Positions 10,654 to 23,650 of a stretch of DNA of 64,000 nt are shown piece after piece (position 1 is the stretch's first letter; the number at the start of each line of letters is the position of its first letter). The translations under genes were made by a program, and so were the position numbers. Under the pieces are notes generated by a model that was not told the DNA's origin, ran no database searches, and saw only the letters and a program-made list of their open reading frames with translations. This DNA is from Tubulanus polymorphus. Lineage: Eukaryota; Animalia; Nemertea. The stretch spans positions 7,104,914 to 7,168,913 of the forward strand of contig NC_134034.1 in the NCBI RefSeq assembly GCF_964204645.1. The letters are read 5' to 3'.

Positions 10654-13600
10654 AGTAATAGGGGTAATGGGCTTTCATACCAAAGGTCGAAAGGTCGAGA
10701 AATTTTCCAAATGTGAAAATAACAATAATTTCTACTTGAATTAGTCGCGTACACTCCTAATTCAAGTAGAAATTATTATTATTTTAACATTTGGAAAATT
10801 TCTCAACCTCTCAACCTTTGATATGAAAGCCCATTACCCCTATTACTCTTAAAATAATCATACACATGAATAAAATATAAATGAATAACATATTTAAGTA
10901 ATTAGAAAGGTAGGCTTTTAAGCCAGAGTACGAGAGTACGAGCTGTTATAGAATAGATATATAGATATATTTTAAACATATTTCAATATTTGTATTTGTA
11001 TGAGTTAGATTTTTAAACATTAAAAGTGTTAGTAAAGTGTGATTGAAATAATTCATATTTAAATCATTGAACTTCTAAAATCAATTTAAAAAAAAAATTT
11101 AGTATTAAAATGGAAGCAAATAAGAAGTACTACTGTTCAACATGTAGAATCAATATAGATAAATCCAAAAAATCAAGACACAATAAAACTAAAACACATT
11201 TAGAGAATAAATTGAAATTAGAATATGAAGATGATATATTAGAAACTAAATTAGATGAATTAAAGAATGAAAAAGAAACATACAAATGTGATACATGTAA
11301 TCAATCATTCAGTGATAAAAGATATTATAATGAACATTTAAAATCTAAAAGTCATATTAGAAATATGAATAATGATATTTTAGGTGAGGATTATTTTGAT
11401 AATGACAATGATAAGAAACATAAGACAATTAAAAGAATAAGAAATAAATTAAACAATAACAGACCATATATGGAAGATGTAAGAAATTATATTAATTCAT
11501 TAGATAATAAAAAAGATATAGAGATAACCGAAGCATTTAAAAGTGATATTGGTCCAGGAGCTATTGAGTTTAAATTTCATAAAGGAAAAACATTAGAAGA
11601 AAATAAAAAACATTTAGAAAAATTGAAAAATATTATAAAAATAATTACAGATGTTGAATACCCTAAAATTAGTATATCTTCTAAAGTTAAATTTATAAAA
11701 TCTGAAGATAAACCAATATATAATATAAATTCCCACTCACAACATATTATTTCAAAACAATATATAGATGATAAATTAGATAAGTGTTATAATGAAATAA
11801 AAAGTAAAATAGAAGAGAAATATTTTGAAGGTTCTGGTTTAATATTTGATGAAATAATATTTATGACTTTACATGTTTATAACACAAAATAAAATAAGTT
11901 AACTAAATCAAAACCAATTGATGAAAATAATTTATCATATTATAAATATGATAATATTAATGGATCAAGTTATATCAAATTACCATTTAAAACTAATGCT
12001 GTTATAAATGTACAAAATTCTGATGATAAATGTTTTCTATGGTCAATTATTAGTTGCTTACTGATAACATTTGTAGAGTATCAAATTATAAACCATTTGA
12101 AAATAATTATAAGATAGACAATTATCCTGTTAGAATTAAAAATATCCCAAAAATAGAAAGAGATAATAATATAAAGATAAATGTGTTTTATTTAGTCAAA
12201 TTGCCAAAAACAAAAGGTAATAATATTAAACATTATACATTAGAACCTCTATACTTAGCAAAAGATTATGATTCAAATGATGTTATAGATATATTATATT
12301 ATGAGAATCATTATATGTGGATTAAACGTATTGAATTATTTTTCAAATCAGAAAATGATTTTGATAATAAAATATATCTACGTAGAAAATGTATAACTAA
12401 ATTCAGAACCGAAATTGCATTATTAAATCATAAACAATAATGTGAAAATCATGATTATTGTAAAATAGTTTTACCAAATGAAAAGGATAAAGTATTAGAA
12501 TTTAAAAAAATATGATTACAAGAATAAAGTACCAATTGTTATACATGGAGATTTTGAATCATTAAGTAAAGAATTAACTGATCAAGATAGAAAAGAAATA
12601 TATTATAGAATAAATAAACTAAACTATGAAAATGATTTTTCAGAAGAAACACCAATAACAAATACTATTAAAAAGATTCATCAATCAGCTGCAGCTTTCG
12701 GGTTATATATAAAATCTGATTATCCGGAACTAATTAAAAGTTTATATTATAATTATAGAAATGAAAATGTTATCAATCATTTTTGTGACTTACTAATTGA
12801 GTATGAAATCAAATTTAGTAAAGTATTAGATACAAATAAGGAAATTATAATGACAGAAGAAGATAAAGAAGAATTTGAGTTTGCTGATAAATGTTATTAC
12901 TGTGAAAAGACATTAAATCTAAAAGATAAAAAAGTAAGAGACCATGATCATTTGAATGGAAAGTTTAGAGGCGCGGCGCACGAGAATTGTACCTTACAAG
13001 CTAAGAAAATTACTTTTGTTCCAGTAATATTTCATAATTTATCAGGGTATGATGCACATTTATTCATCAAGCAACTGTGCCATAAGATAGAAGAAATTAA
13101 TAATGAAATAGAAAGATTAAATTCATATAGATCAAAAGATGTTGCTAAAATACCAACTTATAAATTTAAAATCTTAGCTAAAACATCTGAGAATTATATA
13201 TCATTCCAATTTGGGTGTCAAAGATTTATAGATTCATATAGATTTTTAGGTGATTTATTAGATAACTTATCAAAATCATTAGTTGATGATGAATTAAAGA
13301 TATTAAAACAAAACTACCCAAATAATGATGATTTTCAATTAATGAGATACAAAGGCGCAATTCCATATTCATTTTATAAATCACATAATGATTTCAATAT
13401 AACTGAATTATTAAAAGAACAATTCTATGATGAATTAAAAAATGAATATGTTAAAGATGAAGTATATAATAGAACATTGAATATTTGGAATCATTTTGAA
13501 ATAACAAATCATGGACAATTAGAAGATTTATATTTAAAATCTGATGTATCATTATTAACTGATATATTCAAAAGGTTTAGAGATGTAAACCTAAAATATT

Positions 13601-14130
13601 TTAGTATTGATCCTTGCCATTGTTATTCTAGTCCAGGGTTTAACTTGGGATTGTGGTTTAGAATTTACAGATATAAAAATGGATTTGTTAACAAATATAG
13701 ATCAATTATTATTATTTGAAAAATCTATAAGAGGAGGAGTTTCAGGTGTATTAGGTGATAGATATTTCAATGTAAATGATAATCCTTGATATAAGTTATT
13801 ATATACAGATGCAAATAATCTTTATGGTTGGGCAATGATGGAACCACAACCTTATGGAGTATTTGAAATAAGTGAAGTTTCACAACATGAAAATAATGAT
13901 AAATTTGATTGGAAGAAAAGAATTCTAGATATTGCAGATGATTCAGTTACTGGTTACTTTTTTGTTGTAGACTTGGAATATCCTGATGATAAAAAATTTA
14001 AATCTAGAAATCTAGCATACTGTCCAGAACATAAAACTGTAACGCATGAAGAATTATCAAACTATCAAAAAAGAATTAAACCTGAAAATCATATTCATAC
14101 AGAAAAGTTAATGCTAACTCAAGAAGATAA
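10654..14130 (+). mobile_element. Polinton left end (TIR ~405-430 bp including the 194-bp hairpin 10654-10847) plus truncated pPolB
   Basis: TIR nearly identical to those at 16535 and 25176. Flank is GACGAT. PolB homology stops after TQEDK at ~14130. Confidence 0.9.
11110..14130 (+). pseudogene. polB: pPolB, 3'-truncated, with stops and frameshifts
   Basis: Zn fingers, RDHDHLNGKFRGAAHENC, FHNLSGYDAH, SIRGGVS and motif A YTDANNLYGWAM (~13803-13838). Confidence 0.93.
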
Positions 14131-14189
14131 ATGTAAATATAGCTGCAAATCAGCGATAACGGGTTTTCTGCTGTCTTAGAATTCTGTTC

Positions 14190-14430
14190 AACGGTGGATT
14201 TCGACAAAGCATTTGATAAGACACAACATCAGCCATTACTAAACAGGCTATTAGGAAACAGTATCAATGATAGGTCACCCAAATAGCTCAGCAGTTATTT
14301 CTGAACGAAAACTTGTAGGCAAAATCAACGGAACGCCTCATCTTGTAATAATTCGGTCTAACTAGAGGAGTCACGCAAGGTAGTATCCTAAGTCGTCTTC
14401 TGTTTAATGTCCTGACAAATGACATACACA
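14190..14430 (+). pseudogene. Degraded non-LTR retrotransposon reverse transcriptase fragment
   Basis: Manual translation gives VDFDKAFDKTQHQPLLNRL and GVTQGSILSRLLFNV (cf. DFxKAFD and GVPQGSxLGPxLF). Confidence 0.75.
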
Positions 14431-14469
14431 GTAATCCAAAATATATCAGACCGAGTAAATTTCCAAAAC

Positions 14470-15008
14470 GACCTTAACACACTGTTCGACCAAAAAACTT
14501 AATGTTCCGACAAGAAAATCTTGTTCGAATGAAAACAATTCTGTTTGATCGAACAATACGCTTTTTGTTTGAACCAAAATTTTCTTCATTATGACAAAAA
14601 ATGTGTTCGAATAAAATGCTATGTTATTGTTGAAATGAAAAACTTTTGTCTGGGCATAAAATTTGGTTGAACGAAAACAATTTTTTCGAACGAATGTTTG
14701 AATGAAAACAATTCTGTTCGATTGAACGAAATACTTAATACTTTTGGTTCAGAGAAACTTTTTACAATATACTTGTTCGAACCAAAAACTTAATGTTCTG
14801 ACAAGAAAATTCTGTTCAAATTGAAACGATTCTGTTCGATCGAACGATTGTTCGAACTAAAAACCTTTCGTTTCGACAAAAAAGTTTGTTCAACTTTGTT
14901 CTAACGATTTTTTCAAATTGTTTCAATCGAACAGAATATTATTGGTTCGAACGAAATAAATCTTGTTCTGACGAAAGAATTTTCAAGCGAAAGGTCTTTT
15001 GAACGAAA
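14470..15008. repeat. Degenerate TGTTCGA/TCGAAC-rich repeat tract
   Basis: Many recurrences of (T/C)TGTTCGA and CGAAC, including a repeated block TGTTCGAnCCAAAAACTTAATGTTC. Confidence 0.6.
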
Positions 15009-16290
15009 AACTAGGGGTCCAGGGACACCATGCCCACTTGGGAAGTGGTTCCAAATGCTCAACAATCTAACCATTTCAATATTCAACGCCCCCTGGTGAC
15101 CATATACAAAAACCAATGACCTTGAAAATCACCACAATCATAGAACATGTCAGCAGCTTCGATTTTGTAATTGATTGTGATATCAAAATATGCCTCGTTA
15201 CCAATTTAATATGAAAATACTAAGTTAATCTACTATTTAACGCCCCCTGGTGACAATATTCAAAACCCAATGACCTCGAAACTTACCACATTCATAGAAC
15301 ATGTCATGAACTACAACTTTGCAATAGATCATGGTAACAAAATATGCCCAGGTACCAATATAATAAGGAAATATTTAGTTATTCTACTATACAACGCCCC
15401 CCTGGTGTCCATAGAGAATAACCAATGTCCTTAAAACTCGCAACAATCATAGATGATGTCATGAGCTACAACTTTCCAATTGATTGTGGTTACAAAATAT
15501 GCATAGGTACGAATATACATGTAATATAGAAATGCTAAGATATTGCATTCAACGCCCCGTGGTGGCCATATTCAAAATCCAATGACCTTGAAACTCACCA
15601 CAATCATAGAACACGTAATGAGCTACAACTTTCTAAATGATTGTGGTAACAAAATACGCTTAGGTACCAATATAATGTGGAAAAACTTTTTCCCACTTAC
15701 GAATGAGTACTGGTGATACCAAGATGGCCGCCAATTGCGTCATAATTGGCTGATGAAAAATACCTGTCTCAGGTATAAAACATCCCTTTCCAAAGAACAC
15801 TCATCGCAAAATGCAATGAGAAATGGTAAACCAGTAGGAAGCTACAGGACTCAGAATTCGGGCCAAAATTAACATTTTTGGGCACTAAAAAATCATAGGA
15901 CGGCCATCTTGAGACCGATCGTCCCAATTTTTGTTATGCTGATGGGGGGATTCACATATATCCGAAAGATCAAGGTAATTGATCGAAGCGTCTTCAAAAT
16001 TTCCCTCAATAAGTTCAAAAATGTGTAAAAAGTGCTGATTTTGGCGAACAACAATGGCTGCCAGTCGGCCATCTTGAATCTGATAGGGCCAGTTTTTGGG
16101 CTAAAGATGTGTCTAGGGTAGATACATGCGTAACCCAAATATCAAGACATTACCTTGAAGCGCCTTTAAAACTTCCCAAAATAACTGGATTCCGTCTACA
16201 GACGGACGGACGAACGGACAGACGGGCGGACGACGGACGAAAAGTGAACGCAATAGCTCGCTGGGACTAAAGTCCCAAGTGGGCTGAAAA
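15009..16290. mobile_element. Non-autonomous Helentron-associated element (HINE/DINE-1-like)
   Basis: Sub-terminal inverted repeat GCCCACTTGGGA (15032) / TCCCAAGTGGGC (16273), terminal stem-loop TGGGACTaAAGTCCCA, (GACG)n microsatellite ~16200-16240, and four 154-158-bp tandem repeats (AACGCCCC at 15085, 15239, 15393, 15551). Confidence 0.75.
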
Positions 16291-16534
16291 GATATTTCTT
16301 GGGCTCGATCCTCGCGTTGCATCGCAAGTTTCGGTGCAAGTCGGTTGCGATACAATTGTTAGCGACTGTGTGCGACTAGTTTCTGCCAGTCGCAAGGGGA
16401 CCTAGGTCGGATGTGACAGTCGTGTTGCGTCGCAGAAAGTTGAAAACGTGCGACTCCTTGTGACTTGCGTTGCTGATAGTCGCAAACCGTCGCAAAGGGA
16501 GCGTAGGTCGATGAGTCGTTGCGACACAATCGTC
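16291..16534. repeat. GTCGC/GCGAC-rich MITE-like repeat interrupted by a Polinton; other part at ~10577-10653 in opposite orientation
   Basis: Both pieces are GCGAC-motif rich and abut Polinton termini at reverse-complementary 6-mers (GACGAT/ATCGTC). Confidence 0.55.
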
Positions 16535-17344
16535 AGTAATAGGGGTAATGGGCTTTCATACCAAAGGTCGAAAGGTCGAGAAATTTTCCAAATGTAAAAA
16601 TAACAATAATTTCTACTTGAATTAGTCGCGTACACTCCTAATTCAAGTAGAAATTATTATCATTTTAACATTTGGAAAATTTCTCAACCTCTCAACCTTT
16701 GATATGAAAGCCCATTACCCCTATTACTCTTAAAATAATCATATACATGAATAAAATATAAATGAATGACATATATAAGTAATTAGAAAAGTAGGCTTTC
16801 AAGCCAGAGTACGAGAGTACGAGCTCTTATAGAATAGATATATAGATATATTTTAAACATATTTCAATATTTATATTTGTATGAGTTAGATTGTTAAACA
16901 TAAAAAGTGTTAGTAAAGTGTGATTGAAATAATTCATATAGATATACACATGAATAACATATAAATGAATAACTTCTAAAATCAATTGAGTAAAAAAATA
17001 TGTATAATAAATGGAATCAGAACAACCACAAACTATCAATATTACAAATAACACTGGTGCCATAAATATATACTACAAGAAGTGTTCTAAATGTGAATTA
17101 GATAAATTAGCTATAACAGAATTTAGTAAGCGTAAGATTAGCAAAGATGGTTTTCAATATTGCTGTAAAACTTGTTTTAAACTATATACCAAACAATACC
17201 GAAAAGATAATAGAGAAGCTTACAATGATTATATGACAGAATATATGAGAGAAAGATATAAAACAGATCTTAATTTTTAGATTGAAAAAATGCTTAAGAT
17301 CTAGATTAACACAATTATTCAACAAAGAAACACATTCAGAAACA
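16535..17344 (+). mobile_element. Polinton HNH-side end (hairpin 16535-16728, TIR, 5' part of HNH gene), cut by the duplication junction
   Basis: Near-identical to 25176-25985. Confidence 0.9.
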
Positions 17345-18186
17345 GTAAAATTAGGGGTATAACCTTTATAAAAGGTTTTTCTATATTTAGATATTCTAAC
17401 GTGTTGTCCAATTTTGAATCTAGGTTCACCGAAATCATGTGTAACAAATGCACCATATAAACTATTCCAAACTTTTTCTGAATTATCTTCTTTTCTAGCT
17501 TGTATAGGTTTCATATTTATAGAACTATGTTTAGAATTATTATAACGTTTCACTAAATCATCTAACACATCGATATATTTATATGTTTCATTAGCAGTAA
17601 AATATTTCCACATTCTAGTTTTCAATGTTTTATTAAATCTTTCTATAATAGATGCTTTTTTATCTGAGTGTGTTGAAAAATAATCTACATCGTTATCAGA
17701 CAATAGTTTTTTGAAATGTTTGTTATAGAATTCCTTACCTTCATCAAATTGTATCTTATCTGGAATAGCTTCTTTAAATATATTCTTAAAGGCATTTGTT
17801 ACTTCTATTCCAGTTTTATTTTTGATTGGAATTGACCATGCGTATCTACTGAATATGTCTATAACATTCAGTATCCAGAAATATCCTTTGTTGTATTCTT
17901 CTAAGTTCTTCATGTCAATTAAATCTGCTTGCCATTGTTGATCGATATATGAAACCATAACTTTTCTTGTTAAATAAGTTTTATCCATTTTCTTGTGGAT
18001 TTGATATGTTGGTTGATTTTGTAACCATAATCTTAGTTCACTATATTTTATATCACCATGTGGGTGCCGTACGGCACCATTTTCATTATCAGATTTAATT
18101 TTATTCTATAATTCTGAAACGTTAGAATATGATACTTCACTTTCTGGGTTATAATATAACTCTCTTAAATATTGTTCTTTTAACAT
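17343..18186 (-). pseudogene. rve integrase, truncated copy with no chromodomain
   Basis: ORF 17182-17988 holds an uninterrupted DDE core, then reads into antisense HNH sequence. Confidence 0.9.
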
Positions 18187-18192
18187 CTTATT

Positions 18193-18855
18193 TTAATCCA
18201 TTAATAATAATTTAGATTTAGTTTCAATGACTTTATGATTTGACTTATTTTCTGGTATGATAGGTTTATTTTGTTCTGATTCATTTTCTGTTTCGACGTT
18301 TGGTTGTAGTACAGCGTCATCTGTTTCGTTCTTACCTGATTTATATTCCATAGGCTTGATGTTCGAAAATGTTATGACACCAGTAGAAATTAATGTCATA
18401 ACCGATCCTAATTGAAATGAAGCATATCCAACCCATTTTTGTAATTCAGTCATAACTAAGTAGTCATTTTTCAAATCACTATATAATTTATTTTCATCAT
18501 TAATTGGTATTAACTGGTTACATAACTTAGAATAACATTTGACAATACCATCTGAAATAGAATCATTTATTCTAGCTAATCTAGCTTCTTCATAAATCTT
18601 AAAATATTTTATTACTTTATCTGGTTTCATAGAGTCTAGTTCTTGAAAAGTAATGATTCTATTTAAAAACTCCTTAGTTTTTCCACCGGCAATCAATAGT
18701 TCTAGATGATGCTTACAATATAAATAGTATTCATAATCTATATTACAATTAACTTGACCACAATTAGTTACAACTGTATCTTTATTATCACTTATACCCA
18801 AATCATCTAATGTCTTTTCAATATCAATACTATTCTTATTAGATTTCTTTGACAT
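18193..18855 (-). CDS. Duplicate of the fused MSKKS-family protein
   Basis: One aa difference from 7416-8078. Confidence 0.75.
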   Translation of the reverse strand: MSKKSNKNSIDIEKTLDDLGISDNKDTVVTNCGQVNCNIDYEYYLYCKHHLELLIAGGKTKEFLNRIITFQELDSMKPDKVIKYFKIYEEARLARINDSISDGIVKCYSKLCNQLIPINDENKLYSDLKNDYLVMTELQKWVGYASFQLGSVMTLISTGVITFSNIKPMEYKSGKNETDDAVLQPNVETENESEQNKPIIPENKSNHKVIETKSKLLLMD

Positions 18856-19160
18856 TTATATTAGAGAAAAAAAGCAAAAAAAATATTATAAGTATTCTTC
18901 AAATGATACTAGCTAGTTAAAGCTAAAGAATTCTAGTATTGACTACTGATACTAGCTATTTGAATTTAAAGACTTTTTTTATTTGAATCTATTCAAAATA
19001 TAAAGTATTCTCTTTTTGAAAAGAAAATATTAAAAATATAATAGAATTCACTAGCTAGTTGGAGTTATTGTTTTTTTATTATATTTTATTTAAATTCTAT
19101 TTGATATCTCACTACTATTGTCTATCTTTTAGGAGCAGTAATTATAACTGTCCAGATAAG

Positions 19161-19619
19161 TCATTTCGGATCCTTGATATCAAATTCCTCAACGTATTGT
19201 TCATTATTTGGATCATTGTTCCATTGAACATTAAATTTCTTTGCCTTTGTTAACTGTTCTGAATATAACTGTAAATCTAGTTTATTAGATTTAATTATGT
19301 TATCCTTCTTTTCTAAAGGTCTTAAATTTTTCCAATTCCAAATAAGTTTTTTATTGTATTCATCATTCATGTTAAATTTAGATATTGGTAACACGTGATC
19401 AATATGGTAATAATCCCCATAATTATCTATATTCATTTTATCATCGAATTGAAATATAATCCATGATTTGAGAAATTCATCTGAACAACCCAACAAATTA
19501 GATCTGAATGTTTCTGAATGTGTTTCTTTGTTGAATAATTGTGTTAATCTAGATCTTAAGCATTGTTTCAATCTAAAATTAAGATCTGTTTTATATCTTT
19601 CTCTCATATATTCTGTCAT
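19161..19619 (-). CDS. Duplicate HNH endonuclease (N-truncated)
   Basis: Identical protein to 8385-8843. Confidence 0.8.
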   Translation of the reverse strand: MTEYMRERYKTDLNFRLKQCLRSRLTQLFNKETHSETFRSNLLGCSDEFLKSWIIFQFDDKMNIDNYGDYYHIDHVLPISKFNMNDEYNKKLIWNWKNLRPLEKKDNIIKSNKLDLQLYSEQLTKAKKFNVQWNNDPNNEQYVEEFDIKDPK

Positions 19620-19713
19620 ATAATATGAATATTGAAATAATGTTCTAAATATATACTTTTATATTGAATAATCTGTCAATTTAAATGTTATTCATGAATA
19701 TGATTACTTTAAG

Positions 19714-20124
19714 AGTAATAGGGGTAATGGGCTTTCAGGTTAAAGGTTCAATGGTCGAGTTCATTAAAAACAAATATTAAAAGTAATTGAAAACTATAAT
19801 ATATTTTCATAACCGTGTGTATTTCAGTGGAATAATAGAATAATTATTATTATTAAAATATATTTGATTATATGAATTTGTGTATTGTAAATAAATCAAT
19901 TGGTCGTGGAGCGGAGCGGTAGCGAAGTGGAGCGACCAATTGATTTAATACAATATGCTTTTTAAATTTTAAATTATTGATATCTTAGAATAAATATTTA
20001 GTTATAATATAAAATACACGCGGTTATGAAAATATATTATAGTTTTAAATTACTTTTAATGTTTTGTTTTTTAATGAGCTCGACCGTTCGACCTTTGGCT
20101 TGAAAGCCCATTACCCCTATTACT
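19714..20124. repeat. Terminal fold-back hairpin (411 bp), duplicate
   Basis: Copy of 8938-9348. Confidence 0.95.
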
Positions 20125-21429
20125 ACTGTCGGACCGTAAACATCGAAAATTTAGCCCCATTCAATGGGGCGACATGTTTTTCGAGTCGTCATCCCGAAAT
20201 CAACCCGCAGGCCGATAGTCACTTCGATTATCAATTCAAGTATAAATTAACTAATTTATTGCTGCGGACTTCACATTCAGCCGAGGTCTTCAAAATTATA
20301 ACAATAGCCCATTTTCCTCATCAAATCATATTACCGATACACTGGAAATTTACTACTTTAGATTTTAAAAGCACTTTCGAGCCGTAAACATCGACGAATC
20401 GACGTGTGTCACTACATCGTCATTCCGGGGATCAGCTGCGAGTTTCTCCTCATCATGAGAATCAAATCGAGTACAAATTAATTTATTACTACCAGTGATT
20501 TGGCTGTGGGTTTCAAGGAGTTAGTTTAACAATACCTATTTTTCTTTACCGAATTAACCGTGTATTTACTAAAATAAATCTTTAGTGTACCGGGGAGTCG
20601 TAGGCCTAAACTAAACACGCCGAAGAGATATAGCGGAGAAAAGCTGTTATGTCGACGAGGTATCAAAATAAAAGAATATATTACTTTATTCGGCCGCGGG
20701 CTTCAACCTCTATATCAATACCATCAATACTCTATATTTCCTACAGTACATACCGATCATTGTCAAATGCACACGGTTTTTACTAAATACAAGTATATAA
20801 CACACTCCCATCCGTATGCTGGACTCACACTTGACATTCGGAGTAAGCGTTCGCTGTGGGGGAAAGGAGATCATTCGCTGTGTCGCTTGAAGTGTTTAAC
20901 GAGTTTTACGCGACCTTAAGGCTAGGCCTACCGGTACTGACCTTTACTGTCCCAAACAAACACAGTATAAATGTTGCGGTTATTAACGGACTCATTGGAT
21001 TGAACTTCAAAACAACATTTATGATATTTAGGAGGGTTGTTATTCAATAGGCCTACGACCAATCTGTCCGGATGTTAGGCCTACGCATATACATAGGCCT
21101 ACATAGGCTAGTAGCCTCTACTAGGTTAAAGCTAAATTCACTGTAAAGGAGGAATCAGATTTATTAAAATGCATGTTAATTTGTGATGAACTGGTTGTGA
21201 CTGGCAACGATCAATCACAATTATCTATTTTATTGCCAAAAATGAAGATTTTTTTGAAAATTTCGTCTGAGCAGACAGCTTTATAAGCCAGACTTTTTTC
21301 ATTTGAGTTTTTTTATCATAAATGAAACTGGTGTTTCATTAATTTCTAATGACTTAAGCCGGGTGAAGGTCGGCCTTGCTACGGCTTGTGACTCACTGCG
21401 ACGCCATTCCCTGCGATTGCAGCGACGAT

Positions 21430-21623
21430 AGTAATAGGGGTAATGGGCTTTCATACCAAAGGTCGAAAGGTCGAGAAATTTTCCAAATGTGAAAATAACA
21501 ATAATTTCTACTTGAATTAGTCGCGTACACTCCTAATTCAAGTAGAAATTATTATTATTTTAACATTTGGAAAATTTCTCAACCTCTCAACCTTTGATAT
21601 GAAAGCCCATTACCCCTATTACT
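21430..21623. repeat. Terminal fold-back hairpin (194 bp), duplicate
   Basis: Copy of 10654-10847, with GACGAT flank. Confidence 0.95.
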
Positions 21624-21885
21624 CTTAAAATAATCATACACATGAATAAAATATAAATGAATAACATATTTAAGTAATTAGAAAGGTAGGCTTTTAAGCC
21701 AGAGTACGAGAGTACGAGCTGTTATAGAATAGATATATAGATATATTTTAAACATATTTCAATATTTGTATTTGTATGAGTTAGATTTTTAAACATTAAA
21801 AGTGTTAGTAAAGTGTGATTGAAATAATTCATATTTAAATCATTGAACTTCTAAAATCAATTTAAAAAAAAAATTTAGTATTAAA

Positions 21886-23300
21886 ATGGAAGCAAATAAG
21901 AAGTACTACTGTTCAACATGTAGAATCAATATAGATAAATCCAAAAAATCAAGACACAATAAAACTAAAACACATTTAGAGAATAAATTGAAATTAGAAT
22001 ATGAAGATGATATATTAGAAACTAAATTAGATGAATTAAAGAATGAAAAAGAAACATACAAATGTGATACATGTAATCAATCATTCAGTGATAAAAGATA
22101 TTATAATGAACATTTAAAATCTAAAAGTCATATTAGAAATATGAATAATGATATTTTAGGTGAGGATTATTTTGATAATGACAATGATAAGAAACATAAG
22201 ACAATTAAAAGAATAAGAAATAAATTAAACAATAACAGACCATATATGGAATATGTAAGAAATTATATTAATTCATTAGATAATAAAAAAGATATAGAGA
22301 TAACCGAAGCATTTAAAAGTGATATTGGTCCAGGAGCTATTGAGTTTAAATTTCATAAAGGAAAAACATTAGAAGAAAATAAAAAACATTTAGAAAAATT
22401 GAAAAATATTATAAAAATAATTACAGATGTTGAATACCCTAAAATTAGTATATCTTCTAAAGTTAAATTTATAAAATCTGAAGATAAACCAATATATAAT
22501 ATAAATTCCCACTCACAACATATTATTTCAAAACAATATATAGATGATAAATTAGATAAATGTTATAATGAAATAAAAAGTAAAATAGAAGAGAAATATT
22601 TTGAAGGTTCTGGTTTAATATTTGATGAAATAATATTTATGACTTTACATGTTTATAACACAAAATAAAATAAGTTAACTAAATCAAAACCAATTGATGA
22701 AAATAATTTATCATATTATAAATATGATAATATTAATGGATCAAGTTATATCAAATTACCATTTAAAACTAATGCTGTTATAAATGTACAAAATTCTGAT
22801 GATAAATGTTTTCTATGGTCAATTATTAGTTGCTTACTGATAACATTTGTAGAGTATCAAATTATAAACCATTTGAAAATAATTATAAGATAGACAATTA
22901 TCCTGTTAGAATTAAAAATATCCCAAAAATAGAAAGAGATAATAATATAAAGATAAATGTGTTTTATTTAGTCAAATTGCCAAAAACAAAAGGTAATAAT
23001 ATTAAACATTATACATTAGAACCTCTATACTTAGCAAAAGATTATGATTCAAATGATGTTATAGATATATTATATTATGAGAATCATTATATGTGGATTA
23101 AACGTATTGAATTATTTTTCAAATCAGAAAATGATTTTGATAATAAAATATATCTACGTAGAAAATGTATAACTAAATTCAGAACCGAAATTGCATTATT
23201 AAATCATAAACAATAATGTGAAAATCATGATTATTGTAAAATAGTTTTACCAAATGAAAAGGATAAAGTATTAGAATTTAAAAAAATATGATTACAAGAA
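21886..23300 (+). pseudogene. polB: pPolB N-terminal fragment, duplicate
   Basis: Copy of 11110-12524. Confidence 0.9.
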
Positions 23301-23650
23301 AAATTTGGTTGAACGAAAACAATTTTTTCGAACGAATGTTTGAATGAAAACAATTCTGTTCGATTGAACGAAATACTTAATACTTTTGGTTCAGAGAAAC
23401 TTTTTACAATATACTTGTTCGAACCAAAAACTTAATGTTCTGACAAGAAAATTCTGTTCAAATTGAAACGATTCTGTTCGATCGAACGATTGTTCGAACT
23501 AAAAACCTTTCGTTTCGACAAAAAAGTTTGTTCAACTTTGTTCTAACGATTTTTTCAAATTGTTTCAATCGAACAGAATATTATTGGTTCGAACGAAATA
23601 AATTTTGTTCTGACGAAAGAATTTTCAAGCGAAAGGTCTTTTGAACGAAA

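Larger units (their letters stand above)
6567..17342 (+). repeat. Tandem segmental duplication, copy 1 (~10.8 kb)
   Basis: ORFs repeat at offset 10776-10777 (7416/18193, 11110/21886) and at 8641-8642 after the deletion in copy 2. Confidence 0.93.

Noticed and set aside
10654-10847. Terminal hairpins as independent MITEs
   Set aside because: The inner side always continues CTTA(A) into element sequence, and the TSDs pair across whole elements rather than across the hairpin.
15085-15680. CRISPR-like array
   Set aside because: Whole 154-158-bp units are homologous with no unique spacers, there are no cas genes, and the context is eukaryotic.
14913-17063. Short minus-strand ORFs over the HINE, MITE and TIR
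   Set aside because: They span repeat boundaries and have no protein motifs.
17182-17988. 268-aa integrase ORF as a functional gene
   Set aside because: It lacks the N-terminus and chromodomain, and its last ~50 aa are antisense HNH sequence created by the duplication junction.
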